Assembly (NCBI RefSeq): GCF_006345805.1
Contig: NW_021835191.1
Location: 1-42,436 of the forward strand
Direction: 5' to 3'
Origin: Octopus sinensis
Lineage: Eukaryota
DNA: 42,436 nt
Shown one piece after another: positions 22,141 through 36,059 of the stretch. The translations under genes were made by a program, and so were the position numbers. A model generated the notes under the pieces. That model had not been told where the DNA came from. It saw only the letters and a program-made list of their open reading frames with translations, and did no database searches. Positions within the stretch are counted from its first letter, which is position 1, and the number at the start of each line of letters is the position of its first letter.

Positions 22141-25100
22141 AAATACTTCGATTAAAAATAAGAACTATATAGATGATGATGATAATGATGATCATGATGA
22201 TAATGATGATCATGATGACGACGACGACGGTTAGGAGAAGGAAGATGAAAGGGAAGAGGAAGCGAGCCCAAAACGGATCCTCTAAATGGTCGACCCAAAC
22301 AGAGTAGAAATAAACAAACGAATTTTCCTTAAACTATACAGGTGTAATTGAAAGAAGATACTTTGCACAATAAGAAGAGAAGGGAAAACGGTCGTAGTTG
22401 AACGATTCCTGAACACAAAGATGCTCAAATAACGCTGACCTCGAATTAAATGTCATCATCATCATTATGGTCATCCTCCTCCTCATCATCAACAACAACA
22501 AAAACGACTTAATATTCACAATAGTGTCAATAACACAGTAAAAGTCCTTATATTTTCTTAAGTTCACAAATGTGTTAAATAGGTAAGAATAAAACGTGGC
22601 TGTATAATTTTGCCGACTTTGATTTTAACCTTGTATCTTAGTCCTGCATCTTCGCGTTGTATCTTAACCTTACATCTTAACCTTACATGTCAGCCTTATA
22701 ATTTATCCAATGCTCTTCGGCTACTATATCAGTGATACTATTGCCCTGACAGAGTCCCATTTTTAATAATCAACCTAGAATAATACCTGATTACTATAGC
22801 CCAGGCCAACACACATTTTGGCACCTCAAAATTTAGCTATTGCTGCATATATTTGCGGAACCGATCTTTCGTATATCATCAGTCTTGCCCATCACCTCTA
22901 GTTTCTAACTACAGAATAACCCTTTATATAGAGATGTGTACAATTCATAAATTTGTAAGTACTGTAACATAACCTCATTTTTATTTATTGCCCTTAATAA
23001 AATTGCTGGATCCAGCGACCTGTCTAGCACACGTTTTGGTGTCTTAGAAGTTTAGACCTCTTCCTGGGCATATTGAGAAAGTTACTTTAACTAAGGTATC
23101 AGCTTTGCCCATCACTTCTAGTTTTGAAAATTTTGTATGCCAATTTATATGGGGATGTGTCCATTCATAGATCTGAGAAAGATCAAGGGTATCGATATGA
23201 AAGCTGAAAAGCCCTAAGTAAGGTGCTCAATAATTTCGGTTAACCCCATTATCAATCACAGGTAGAATTTTGTTATCTAAATGATTTTTTTTTTACCTGT
23301 GATTGTTATTGAATTTAGTACCCCTCTTTGTAACCATGCACAAGGAATGGTTCTTTTAACATGAAGGCCCCTACTACATCAATCCTTTTCAATTTCTTTA
23401 AAAGAAAGTCAAACTATGAGTCGTCTCCCATGACCCTCATACAGAACAGCGAAGCCGATTCCATGATAAAGAGTGAGAGTGAGGGGAGGAGAGAGAGATG
23501 AGAGAGAGAGAGAGAAAGAGAGAGAGAGATAAGAGAGAGAGGAGGAAAGAAAGAAATTGACGAATGATGCAGCAACAGCAACAACAACCATAACATCAGC
23601 AGCAACCACAACAACAATGGACTATATTAACAAGAGCAACAACCACGGCAGCTGGGAGAGTATCATCTTCGCTATCGCTCACACGTTCTTTCTGTTTATC
23701 ATCAACATCACCAACAACATCGCCCTCTACATCACTAACAGCACACTGCAGCCGTAGCAGCAGCAGCAGCAGCAACAGTCGTAGGAGCTGCAATAGCAGC
23801 CGGAACCAAATCCAAGAACAAGGAAGAAAGTTAAACGGAGATTTGTCTTCCCAGTGGGAGAGCTTTTGTAGAGGTATTCCTACGGAGGACAGCGTCAAAT
23901 GACGAGACGAAAATAGAGTGTGAAGGAGATAGAAGGAAAGAGAGACAATGAAAGAGAGAAGGGAGGGAGACGGAGACGGAGACGGATGAGTGAGCGGGAG
24001 AGAAGGAATGAAATCAGAGGCGGCGGAACGGTGGGGGATTCTAGGAGAGAACATCGGTGCTGTTGTGAGAGATTTTGGAAGCAGGAAGCGGTGACGATGG
24101 TAACCGGAAAGATTGATAAGAAGAGACGGAGGTGGAAAATAAAAGAGTAAGGTGATGCGGATGAAGATGGAGATGGAGTTAGGAGCCAGAAGAGAACAGG
24201 GCGAAAGAAATAAAGGAACGAAACGAACGGAAAGAAATAGAGAGAAAGAGACACGAATAGAAATACCGTAACGAGTGTGTGATTGCATAGGAATGTAAGT
24301 TCGTATTTATGTGTATGTATGTATGTATGCCTGAATGTATGTATGTATGTATGTATGTATGTATGTATGTATGTATGTATGCATGTGTGTGCAGTAGGTG
24401 AGATCAGGTGGCGTTGTTTTGGTGGTGGGGGGAGGAGAGACGGACGGGTCAAGTGAGGAATATATTGTTTAATGGTGAATAGTGACTGTATAATTCCATC
24501 CGGTGTAGGAAAGAGCTTTTGATGTAAACAAAGGTGGCAGTTACAAGGGAAATAATCTCCGCACGAATAAATACGTGAGCGCGGGCGCGCTTGTAAGCGT
24601 GCGTGTGTGTATATATATATATATGTGCGTGTGTGCATAAGTGTGTGTGTGTGTGTGTGTGTGTGTGGATGTTTGTGTGCAAGACAACAATACCAATTGC
24701 AGCAACAACAAGATAGAAACCGGCTGACCTGACCTGATTTGACACACATTAAAAAAATAGAGAGGGTGAAAGTGAAACTGAAAGTAAGAAAATGAGGAAG
24801 AAAGAAAGAGAGAGTGATACAGGGAGAGATTGGGATTACTAGTTATGCATATGGCTGTCGAAGACTGTTACTAGAAAGAAAATATTAATAACTGCCGTGT
24901 GTCTTTACAAATAATCAGTAACTCTGATAATGATTTCGGATTTTGGACCAAGGCCAGCAATGTCGGGGGAAGTGGGTGAATCGATTACATCGATCCCAGT
25001 GTTCAACTGGTACGTATTTTATCGAGTCCGATAGGATAAAATGCAAAGTCGACCTCGGCCGAATTTGAACTCAGAACGTAATGCATTTTAGACAGCGTGC

Positions 25101-25159
25101 TAACGATTTTGTCAGCTCATCGTCTTAATCGTAATAATAAAATAAATAAATAAATAAAT

Positions 25160-25406
25160 ACGCCCTTTTCAAGCCTAGGCAGGCTCATGGGCCCGGTTTC
25201 CTGGTTTCTATGGCGTATGTGTTCCCCGGCTGGACGGGTCGCCACTCCATTGCAGTGTTACTCATTTTTGCCAGCTGAGTGGACTGGAGCAAGGTGAAAT
25301 GAAGTGTTTTGCTCAAGAACCCAACGCATCGCCCAGTCCAGGAATCGTAACCAGAATCTTACGAAAATGTTGTTGACACCCTAACCACTAAGCCACGTGC
25401 CTCCAC
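25160..25406 (-). mobile_element. tRNA-derived SINE S4 with (TTTA)n tail
   Basis: Head gtggaggcacgtggcttagtggttagggtgtc...ggttacgattcctgg, V/CORE-like ttcttgagcaaaacacttcatttcaccttgctccagtccactcagctg. Confidence 0.8.
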
Positions 25407-25824
25407 AAATCATAATAATAAATAGTATAAAATTTTTGTCATGGGGCCAGCAATTTCGGGTGAAGAGCTTAATCGATTATATTGACCTTAGTATTCAGCT
25501 GGTACTTATTTTACCGACTCCGAAAGGATGCAAAGAAAGTGGGTTTCGGCGGAATTTGAATTCAGAAAGTAAAGACGGACGAAATGCTGCTAAGCATTCT
25601 ATCCGGTGCGCTAGCGATTATTTTCTACTCTTGGCACAAGGCCCGAAATTTTAGGTGGAGGGAGCCAGATATTAGATCGACCCAGTATACAACTGGTACT
25701 TAATTTATAGACCCCGAAAGGATGAAAGGCAAAGTCGACTTCGGCGGAATTTGAACTCAGAACGTAGACGGACGAAATACCGCTAAGTATTTCGTCCTTC
25801 GTGGTAACGTGTTTTGACGACAAA

Positions 25825-25955
25825 AACAACGACGACGACGACGACGATGACGTTGACGATGACGATGATGATGATGATGATGATGATGATGACGATGATG
25901 ACGATGACGATGATGATGATGACGGTGATGATGATGATGATGATGACGATGACAA
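25825..25955 (+). repeat. (GAC/GAT)n microsatellite
   Basis: Direct inspection. Confidence 0.95.
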
Positions 25956-26370
25956 CGGGGATGGTGGGGAGGTGGTCGCTTCAAATTTTCACAGGAGTTT
26001 TGAGGGAAAGGGAATAAGTCGATACCATCAACCTCAGTATTTCACTGGTACGTTAATTTACGACTCCGAAAGGATGAAAGATAAAGTTTGAACACCGCGG
26101 AACTTCAATTCGGAAAACAGAGAACCGAAAGAAAGGCATTACATTTGACCCCCTGATAATTCATGCAGCTCGACGCTTTGACGGATGATGATGGTGATGA
26201 GAGTGTTTGAGACTTTGACACAAGTGCGTGACCCCAGTGCGTAACTGGTACTTATTTAATCGATCCCGAAATGATGAAATGCAAAGTCGACATCGGCGGA
26301 ATTTGAACTCAGAACGTAACTGCAGACGAAGTACCGCTATGCGTGCTAACGATTCTGCCAGCTCACTGCC

Positions 26371-26424
<54 letters not shown>

Positions 26425-26599
26425 TAATAATAAGGATGATTATGATTTCAAATTTTGGGACAAAGCTAGCAATTTGGGGGGAAAGGGTTAAATCAACTAC
26501 ATCAACTGCTAATTATTCTATTAACGAAAGAAAAAGTCAACCGCGACGGCATTTGAACAGAGAACATACAGTCGGACGAAATACCATTAAGTATTTTGC

Positions 26600-26990
26600 A
26601 CTGAGAAGAAGGACTGCAAAATCCTGTGGGATGGAATGATTCATTGATAATCAGATTAGCAATCGGAAACCTGACATTGTTGTAGTGAGCAGAAAAAAAA
26701 TGCCTGATAATCAGCATAACATGTCCTGGTGACAACAGGACCGAAGAGAAAGAAGAGCAAAAGAAAAAAGTGAACCACTATTATGAAATGAAGTGGGGAA
26801 TGCGCAGGTTGTGAGCATTGAAGAGAGTGAACCTAATACCAGTGGTGATAGGCTCACATGAGAAGGATCAGTACCCCACTAGCAAATTGACTCAAAAAGA
26901 TTAGCACGCATGTAAATATAGAACACCTACAAAAATCATTGTTGCTTAGCACTGCAAGTGTTCTCCTCAGGGTTCTTGAAGCATGATTAG
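26600..26990 (+). mobile_element. R4/Dong-like endonuclease-region fragment
   Basis: KDCKILWDG, NQISNRKPDIVVV, CPGDNR, NLIPVVIG and LQKSLLLSTASVL remnants. Confidence 0.7.
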
Positions 26991-27429
26991 CAAACAAGTC
27001 TTAGTCTGCTGGCTGTGGACAGGAGATACATTCCATCATACCCAACAAAATAAGCTGTGGGTTTTCATCAAATAGTAATAAGAAGAGCGCGCAGAGAGCG
27101 CAAATCTCCGCCAAGGCAACACCAACGTCTTCTCAACGATTAGCCAGAGATGATTTTTAAAATGAGAATATCTGAAATATACGCGACTGCTCTCACGAAC
27201 GAGAATACTAAAAATGAACCCGACTGCTCTCAAAAATTAAGTTAAAAAAAATATGGGAAGAATAATTCAGAATCCTTGTCCGGTACCGGATCGGTCCCAA
27301 AATCTAATCAGTTGGTGCTAGTCACGAGGCTGAACATCCAGCGGGTCTTGAGGTATCTTGTCCATGGACAAACAAACAAACAAACACGACTGAAAATAAT
27401 ACCTCCGCCTTCGCTAAGGCGGAAGTAAA

Positions 27430-27508
<79 letters not shown>

Positions 27509-27699
27509 GCAACAACAAGAAATCTTTCTACTATAGGCACAAGACATGAATTTTATGGGAGGGACTAGTTGAATGCATCGACCCCAGTGTTTCACTGGTA
27601 CCTAATTATTGACCCCGAAAGGATGAAAGGCAAAGTCGACCTGGACAGAATTTGAATTCAAACTGCAAAGACGGACCGTATTTCAAGGGTGAAGTATTC

Positions 27700-27910
27700 T
27701 ATGATGCCCTTCGCTATTCCTACTCGTGGTCAAATGCACATATCGTCAGCCACTAAGAGACATGCCCATCTGGTTAAGGTCAAGCAACTAGCAAGCAAAT
27801 CTGTAGATTTGAGCAGAATATTTGCTCTAGCCCTTTTATTATAAGGCTAAACATCTTAAAATCAGAATCTATGAAAGCCAATGCCTCAAATTGAGTCGGG
27901 GCACATTTAT
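27700..27910 (-). mobile_element. Inverted partial copy of the ~500-bp TAA-associated element
   Basis: aaatgcacatatcgtcagccactaag...gcaagcaaatctgt...gagcagaatatttgc is the reverse complement of ~8860-8960; (TTA)n follows at 27933. Confidence 0.55.
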
Positions 27911-27957
27911 GCTCTTTTGGCTAATAAAAGAAATTATTATTATTATTATTGTTGTTG

Positions 27958-28033
<76 letters not shown>

Positions 28034-28558
28034 ATTACTGTGTGGGGGACCCTACTGAAAGTTTCGAAGACAGGCACATTCTTATCTGGTCATGCCCTCA
28101 TCAATTTCTTCAAATATCATTTGACGAGGAAGGTGAGGATAGAGAAGGTTGTGCTGCCTTCTAGTGTGATAATCAAAAGGCGGTCGACAGTGGCAAGACT
28201 GGTGAGACTGAATGGAACTACTCTGAATATGTTTTCTTAAGCAGGAGGAAAGAAACTGGAAGAGGGCATTTTCCCATGCCTTCGACATGGCAAAGTAATT
28301 CGGGGTTTTTGTGTGGGGTTTACTCCCATGTGGCCTGCCCCGCTATTGGGAATTCTATTTACTTATTCATTATTTATTTCTCTACCTTCTATTATATATA
28401 TCCTCTGTTATATCCTTTAATGTGGTTGTATCACCCCTTCATTGATGTTAACTCCACATGTTTTGTTTCCGTAAATTTTTGCTGTGCTGTAACTCCTCCC
28501 TCGATATTGCCCTCCATGTCTTGGGCCCTTGTGGCCAATACAAGCAATCAGTAATATA

Positions 28559-29320
28559 AGACGGCGAGCTGACAGAAACATGAGCACGCCGGGCGAAATG
28601 CTTAGCAGTATTTCGTCTGCCGCTACGTTTTGAGTTCAAATTCCGCCGAGGTCGACTTTGCCTTTCATCCTTTCGGTGTCGATTAAATAAGTACCAGTTA
28701 CGCACTGGGGTTGATATAATCGACTTAATCCGTTTGTCTGTCCTTGTTTGTCCTCTCTGTGTTTAGCTCCTAGTGGGTCGTAAAGAAATATGTATTTCAC
28801 CGGTTGCTACGTTCTGAGTTCAAATTCCACCGAGGTAGAATTTGCCTTTCATCCTTTCGGGGTCGATAAATTAAGTACCAATGAAACACTGGTGTCGATG
28901 TAATCAACTAGTCCCCTCCACACAAATTTCAGGCCTTGTGCCTATCGTAGAAAGGATAACTATTACCGTTGTTGTTGTTGTTGTTGTTAGTTCTGTGTTC
29001 AAATTCCATGGAGGTTGACTTTGCCTTTCATCCTTTCGGGGTCGATAAAATAAATACCAGTTGAACTCTGGGATCGATGTAATCGACTCATCCTTACATC
29101 CCACCCCAAGCTGCTGTCCTTATGGCAAACATTTGAAATAATAATAATAAGTATTATTATTGCTGCTGTTGTTGTTGTTGGCGGTGGTGTAAGTTCTGAG
29201 TTCAAATTTCCGCCGAGGTCCACTTTGCCTTTCATCTTTTCAGAGTTGATAAAATGAGTTCCAGTTAAGCACCCTCCACCGAAATTGCTGACCTAGTGCC
29301 AAAATCATGAAATCGTCATC
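28559..29320 (+). mobile_element. Four plus-strand SINE S2 copies (full 28559-28792, then partials)
   Basis: Head gacggcgagctgacagaa and repeated gagttcaaattcc.ccgaggt.gactttgcctttcatcctttcggggtcgataaa. Confidence 0.85.
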
Positions 29321-29407
29321 ACCATCATCATCATCATCATCATCATCGTCGTCGTCGTTATTATTTTTATTATTATCGGTATTATCATTATCAGTATTAT
29401 GGTAATT

Positions 29408-29788
29408 GTGGAGGCGCAATGGCCCAGTGGTTAGGGCAGCGGACTCGCGGTCGGAGGATCGCGGTTTCGATTCCCAGACCGGGCATTGTGAGTGTTTATT
29501 GAGCGAAAACACCCAAAGCTCCACGAGGCTCCGGCAGGGGGTGGTGGTGATCCCTGCTGTACTCTTTCACCACAACCTACTCTCGCTCTTTCTTCCTGTT
29601 TCTCTTGTACCTGTATTTCAAAGGGCCAGCCTTGTCACATTCTGTGTGTCACGCTGAATATCCCCGAGAACTACGTTAAGGGTACACGTGTCTGTGGAGT
29701 GCTCAACCACTTGCACGTTAATATCACGAGCAAGCTGTTCCGTTGATCGTATCAGCTGGGACCCTCATCGTGTGCTCCTATCTATCTA
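29408..29788 (+). mobile_element. tRNA(Arg)-like-derived SINE S3 with 13-bp TSD
   Basis: A box TGGCCCAGTGG, B box GGTTTCGATTCCC; TSD TATTATGGTAATT at 29395-29407 and 29789-29801. Possibly an octopus OR-type family (not verified). Confidence 0.92.
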
Positions 29789-30387
29789 TATTATGGTAAT
29801 TATTATTCAAACACAAGGCCTGATGTTTTGGTTTGTTTTGAGTGATGAGTAGCTGATTGCATCGTCCCCAGTCCTTGACTTTTATTTTATTACGGATGAT
29901 GAATGATGGTGATGATGATAACGACGACGATGATGATGATGACGACGGTGACGATGATGATGATGATGACGATAAACATGATGACGGTTGCGAGGATGGT
30001 GATGATTTGTTTTGATTAGGTAGAAGCCAATGTATTTTTTCCGTGTTCGAATGTTATATATTTAAAATCAGTTGACCCCATATTATTTGATCGTCGCACC
30101 CTTGTAAACCGCAGCACCTTACGTTTTTTTACTCTCCTTGCCCCCATCAGCACCACCACCCCGCCAAATGGTGGAGTTTCACAGACCAAATCAACCCATG
30201 CGCAAGAAAGCAAACTTTAGACAGTGAGAAAAAATTTCATCTGCCACATCAAAAGAGGGTCACGTGAACGGCAACAACAACAAGAACAACAATACAGCAA
30301 AAATAAACAATGAAAACAGCAACAACAACAATAACAATGGTGATGATGGTGATGATGATGATAACAACAAGTTCTTACCCTAAGAAT

Positions 30388-30782
30388 GTGGAGGCGCAAT
30401 GGCCCAGTGGTTAGGGCAGCGGACTCGCGGTCGTAGGATCGCGGTTTCGATTCCCAGACCGGGCGTTGTGAGTGTTTATTGAGCGAAACACCTAAAGCTC
30501 CACGAGGCTCCGGCAGGGGATGGTGGTGATCCCTGCTGTACTCTTTCACCACAACTTTCTCTCACTCTTACTTCCTGTTTCTGTTGTACCTGTATTTCAA
30601 AGGGCCGGCCTTGTCACTCTCTGTGTCACGCTGAATATCCCCGAGAACTACGTTAAGGGTACTACACGTGTCTGTGGAGTGCTCAGCCACTTACACGTTA
30701 ATTTCACGAGCAGGCTGTTCCGTTGATTCGAATCAACCGGAACCCTCGTCGTCGTAACCGACGGAGTGCTTCCACCCGCTCC
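30388..30782 (+). mobile_element. SINE S3 with 11-bp TSD
   Basis: Highly similar to 29408-29788; TSD ACCCTAAGAAT at 30377-30387 and 30783-30793. Confidence 0.92.
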
Positions 30783-31212
30783 ACCCTAAGAATATTAACT
30801 AAATACCATTCTTATTCAAAGGGAATTTTTGTTTGTTTTTGTTACAGAATTTATTCGAAAAACATCAGAAAGCGAATAAGAAAAACAACACATCAATCTA
30901 CGTAGAGTCAAATTACATACATACATGCATAAATACATACATAGATACGAGATACCACCATGCTGAAAATACCAGCCATGATCTGACTCTAAAACCACCT
31001 TAGATACCCTAATTTATAGTTTTAATAGTTATTACCTTTGATGGTTATTTTTTTCCATGCTGGCCACTTGATAAAATCGTTATTTTATTTTAAATTAACG
31101 ATCTTGTCCTTATATATACATATATATTTATATATATATATACATATTTAAATACATATATATATGTATATTTATATACATATAAATACATAATTACATA
31201 CATACATATATC

Positions 31213-31244
<32 letters not shown>

Positions 31245-31347
31245 TATACAGACTTATTCATATTCACATATATATATATGGTATATTATTTACCTATTCT
31301 AATTTGTGCATTTTCTTCTGTTTCCCATCGACGTCTGGCTTTTCATT

Positions 31348-31705
31348 TATCTATCTATCTATCTATCTATCTACCTATCTACCCACCTACCCGACTACCT
31401 CCCTAACTACCTACCAACCTGCCTGCCTACCTACCTACCAACCTACATACGTACATACATACATACATACTTATCTACTTATCTATATATCTTTCTATTT
31501 GTCTGTCTACCAGCTTGCCTACCTATCTACCTATCTATCTACCTATCTACCTATCTACCTACCAACCTACCTCCCTATCTATCTACCTTTCTATCTATTT
31601 ACCTACCTACCTACCTACCTACCTACCTACCTACCTGCCTACCTGCCTACCTACCTGGTCTATTTATCTATCTTTCCGCCTCTCTCTCTCACACACACAC
31701 ACACA

Positions 31706-31738
<33 letters not shown>

Positions 31739-31923
31739 CCTACCTACTTATCTATTTATTTATCTATCAATCTATCTTTCTATTTACTTATCTGCCTACC
31801 TATCTATTTATCTCCCTATCTCTCTTGCTATCTATTTATCCATCTACCTACCTACCTACCTACCTACCTGCCTACCTACCTACCCACCCACCTACCTACC
31901 TACCTACCTACCTACCTACCGAC

Positions 31924-31963
<40 letters not shown>
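31348..31963 (+). repeat. Compound (ATCT)n/(ACCT)n tetranucleotide array with CT/CA insert
   Basis: Direct inspection. Confidence 0.95.
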
Positions 31964-32610
31964 TTTTTTTCCTCCCCCCCTTTTTTTAACCCCACCCCTT
32001 TTTTGTCCTCTTTCTCTCCTTTTACGATCCCTTTTGATCGAAACTCCCCCTTCCCCCTTTTTTTTTCTTTTTTTCTAACCCTTCAAAAGAAAAGCTCTAC
32101 CTTGTAATTTGTTCTATCTGTGTGCAGCCCTGTGTGGCTAATAAAGAAACATATCTATCTATCGATCGATCAATCTATCTCTCTATCTATCTATCTACCT
32201 ATCTATCTATCATTTATCTATCTATCTGTCTGTTTGCCGGTCTGTCTGGTTGTTTATCTATCTGTCCGTCTATCTATGTTACCTAGTATGCTGGCTCTGT
32301 AGCCAGTGATCCATCGGACTATCTACTATAACAAGCTGTTTATCTGTCCGTCTGTCTATCAGTGTCTCTGTTAGTTTGGTCTCTTTCTCATAATCTTCCT
32401 TTCTTTCTCTCTTTCTCACCCCCCTCTCTCTCTCCATAACCTCCTCCATATCTTGTTATCCATATACTCCCTCATCACATAAAATCTATTTCTCTCTCCT
32501 TATATCTCTCTCTCTATTTCCTCGTTTTCCACCTACCTATCTTTTTCCCTCTCTATCCATCACACTGTCTCTCTACGTCTCTCTCTCTCACTCACCCTCT
32601 GTAAAAATAC

Positions 32611-32723
<113 letters not shown>

Positions 32724-32724
32724 C

Positions 32725-32767
<43 letters not shown>

Positions 32768-33153
32768 CAAACGCATATTTACACACACATGCGCGTACAC
32801 ACGCATACACATACACACATGTATATATATATATATATATATACAAACAAAGATATATAAATATATCAGGCTCTCTCTCTCTCTCGCTTTTACTCATCTT
32901 ACTCTTCTTACTCTTCTTACTCTTCTCTCTTCTTTCTCTCCATAGATATCTCTCTCTCTCTCTCTCTCTTTGCATCTCTAACTCACTCTCCATCTCTAAC
33001 TACTCCCCCCTCTTTCCTCTGTCTCTCGAGCAGTACCGGTTAAGTAACAAGTCAAGGATTCACTTAACCTGTAGAAGCTTTAACTGCAGCTCCTACGTTT
33101 CGCCTGTTTGGGTATTATTCTTCTTCTTCTTCTTATTATTATTATTGGTATTA

Positions 33154-33207
<54 letters not shown>

Positions 33208-33647
33208 TATTATTATTATTATTACTATTATTTAAATTATCTTAACAAACGAAGACCAAAATAAACAAGAAAGTCTCTGCGAAAAAATAAATAAAAAAAG
33301 AAAGAAAGAAAATAACCAAACGAAAACAAAACAGAATAAAAAAAAATACGGGACCAAACCAACCAACAACGGGGAGGAAGAGAATAAGAAGAGAAAAGCA
33401 ACCGAAGAATGAATGGAAGCTGATCTTACACGAGCAAAACATTATAGACAGCTTGAGTGATTCCTACATCGGAACTGGAAGAACCATTACAACCGAGCCG
33501 AGAATAGACAGATATCACAACAAAAGACGGTCGAAAAATGTGCCAGCGAGATGAGGGATAAACTATATGAATGCATATAAATATATATATATATGTATGT
33601 AGATAGATAGATGTATATATATATTTATATATAAACGGTTACGTGCA

Positions 33648-33715
<68 letters not shown>

Positions 33716-34445
33716 CATATATATACTAGATCATCACAACAATGCCAGCCAGCTCTGTGAAGGCAATCATCTATTTATGGTAGGTTACTCTAATTTATAA
33801 TAATGATGGTGATGATGATGATGAGGTTGATGGTGAGGATGATGATGATGATGATGATGATGAGGCTGATAACCACGTATTTGTCATTATAGAACACAAG
33901 ATAAGATTTTGTAAAGTAAGACCATAAAATAACGCTTTTAGTATGGTGACTCGAGTGGAGTGTTTTCACGGACTCTGAGAGTCCGGCACTTTACTGAAAC
34001 GCTTCACAACAGTATGTTTATTTCAGTGCAAAAATGTTTGTATGTACATATGTATGTCTCTAAGTATATATATGTATATATGTATATATATATATATGTA
34101 TGTGTTTATGTATGTATTTATGCACGTATGCATGTATGTATATAGGTAGGTTTATAGGTTATGTATTTATGTTTGACTGGATGTAACTTTATGGTACAAA
34201 CATTTCAGAATGTAGATAATTTCAATATATATATATAACTATGTTTACATGTATGCATATATGTCACTTTTTGTGTATATATATTTAGGAATATTTTATA
34301 TATATGTATGTAATTAATGACTATGTGTATACCCACGTATGCATGTAACTATATTTATATACAAACATTTCTGCTTGTATATTGGTAATGTATATTGGCA
34401 TACAAGTATCTATCTATTTATCTATCTATCTATGAAAGAAGTGTG

Positions 34446-34514
<69 letters not shown>

Positions 34515-35056
34515 ATATATGTGTGTGTGTATGTATTTTAAATGTATGTATATATGAATGCATGTATGTATGTATGTATGTATAACAATATACCTATGTG
34601 TTTACAGTGATATTTATGTATATATTTATTTACGAAATACAAAATTGTGTAAATAGGTATACATGCAAGTAGGTTATTATGTACATAGATGTATGTTATG
34701 TACATGAAATTATATATATGTATATGTACATATATGTTTGTATATGTATATATGTATATATATATATGTGTGTGTGTGTGTATGTATGTATTATATATAT
34801 GCATAGATACATACATATATGCATACATACAAACATACATACATACACATAAACCTCAGTTACATATGTAGGTAAATTTGTTTGTGTATATGAATGTCGA
34901 TTTATAAATACAGATATTTGCATTTATATGCTTATAAACACGTACGTATATACGCATATACTTATAGATATACATGTGTATGTATGTATATATGTATGTA
35001 TACAGATAAACAGACAGACAGATAGACAGACAGACAGTCAGACAGACAGATAGATG

Positions 35057-35140
<84 letters not shown>

Positions 35141-36059
35141 TAGATCAGCCTATTGATTTTTGGTGAGTGCTTTGATCAGAGGCGAAACAACAGTCACAAC
35201 CGTCCCATCGTTCATTTCTTCTAGCTACCTACATAAAACAGATACATCACTGGACACCGTGCTTATCTTTTGTTCAAGACGATTGCCTACAGCTGCTATT
35301 TCTAGTAGTCGAGCGCCTGGACGGGGACTCACATGTTGGATCATCTATAGTCTTGTTTGCACACGTACAGTCGTATTTGCATGCAGGCATACATTTATAT
35401 AAGCATGTCTCTTTGTGTGTATTACTTGTATTGCTGTATCATTGTATATCTGGATAGCAATGTGTTGGAACGTACGGTATACGACCGTAAAATAGATATT
35501 CAGTGTTTATTATCTTCGAATGGTTTATTTCACAAAATTTTATACACCAACAATACCTACATGTTAACACCCAACATATTAACACATACTCACACACATA
35601 TACACACACATACACTCACATGTCAGTATATATTTATCACACACAAAAACGCATAGGCGTAAGTGAGATACATTGTAATTAATATTAACGGGTGTATATA
35701 TGACAACTAACTATGACTGCACGTATAATTAATGACTATTAGGATGTATTACGTGTTTGCGTATAATTACAAAACTACGTGGTTATATCACAGTATATAT
35801 AGTACGTATATTATATATACACACACGTAGACATATGTTAGTTTATTTATCTTCATCTCTCTTTAGATAGATAGGCAGCTAGATACATACATACATATAT
35901 ACACACATATATACATACATACATATATACATACGTACATACATATATACAATGACAGACAAACACACATATGGATATATGTCTATCTATGCATGTATGT
36001 ATACCGTTATATACGTACATATATATATATACGTATATATATGTATATATATATGTATA

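Larger units (their letters stand above)
24935..27680 (-). mobile_element. Cluster of about seven minus-strand SINE S2 copies
   Basis: Recurrent cgaccccgaaaggatgaaaggcaaagtcgac.tcggcggaatttgaactcagaac at ~25020, 25510, 25710, 26060, 26270, 26530 and 27610. Confidence 0.8.

Noticed and set aside
23596-24288. 230-aa minus-strand ORF with a hydrophobic poly-Leu stretch and acidic segment
   Set aside because: Composition follows GA- and CAG-type low complexity; the start is non-ATG and no family is recognisable. Kept only as part of a candidate regulatory region.
29408-29485. Possible tRNA-Arg gene (also 30388-30465, 39688-39760)
   Set aside because: A and B boxes are present, but the sequence continues into a shared SINE body with TSDs and no proper acceptor stem.
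32026-32043. GATC...GATC-GAAA hairpin (also 40877-40894)
   Set aside because: Resembles HHR stem II but has no core upstream; the downstream sequence matches an S2-like SINE tail.
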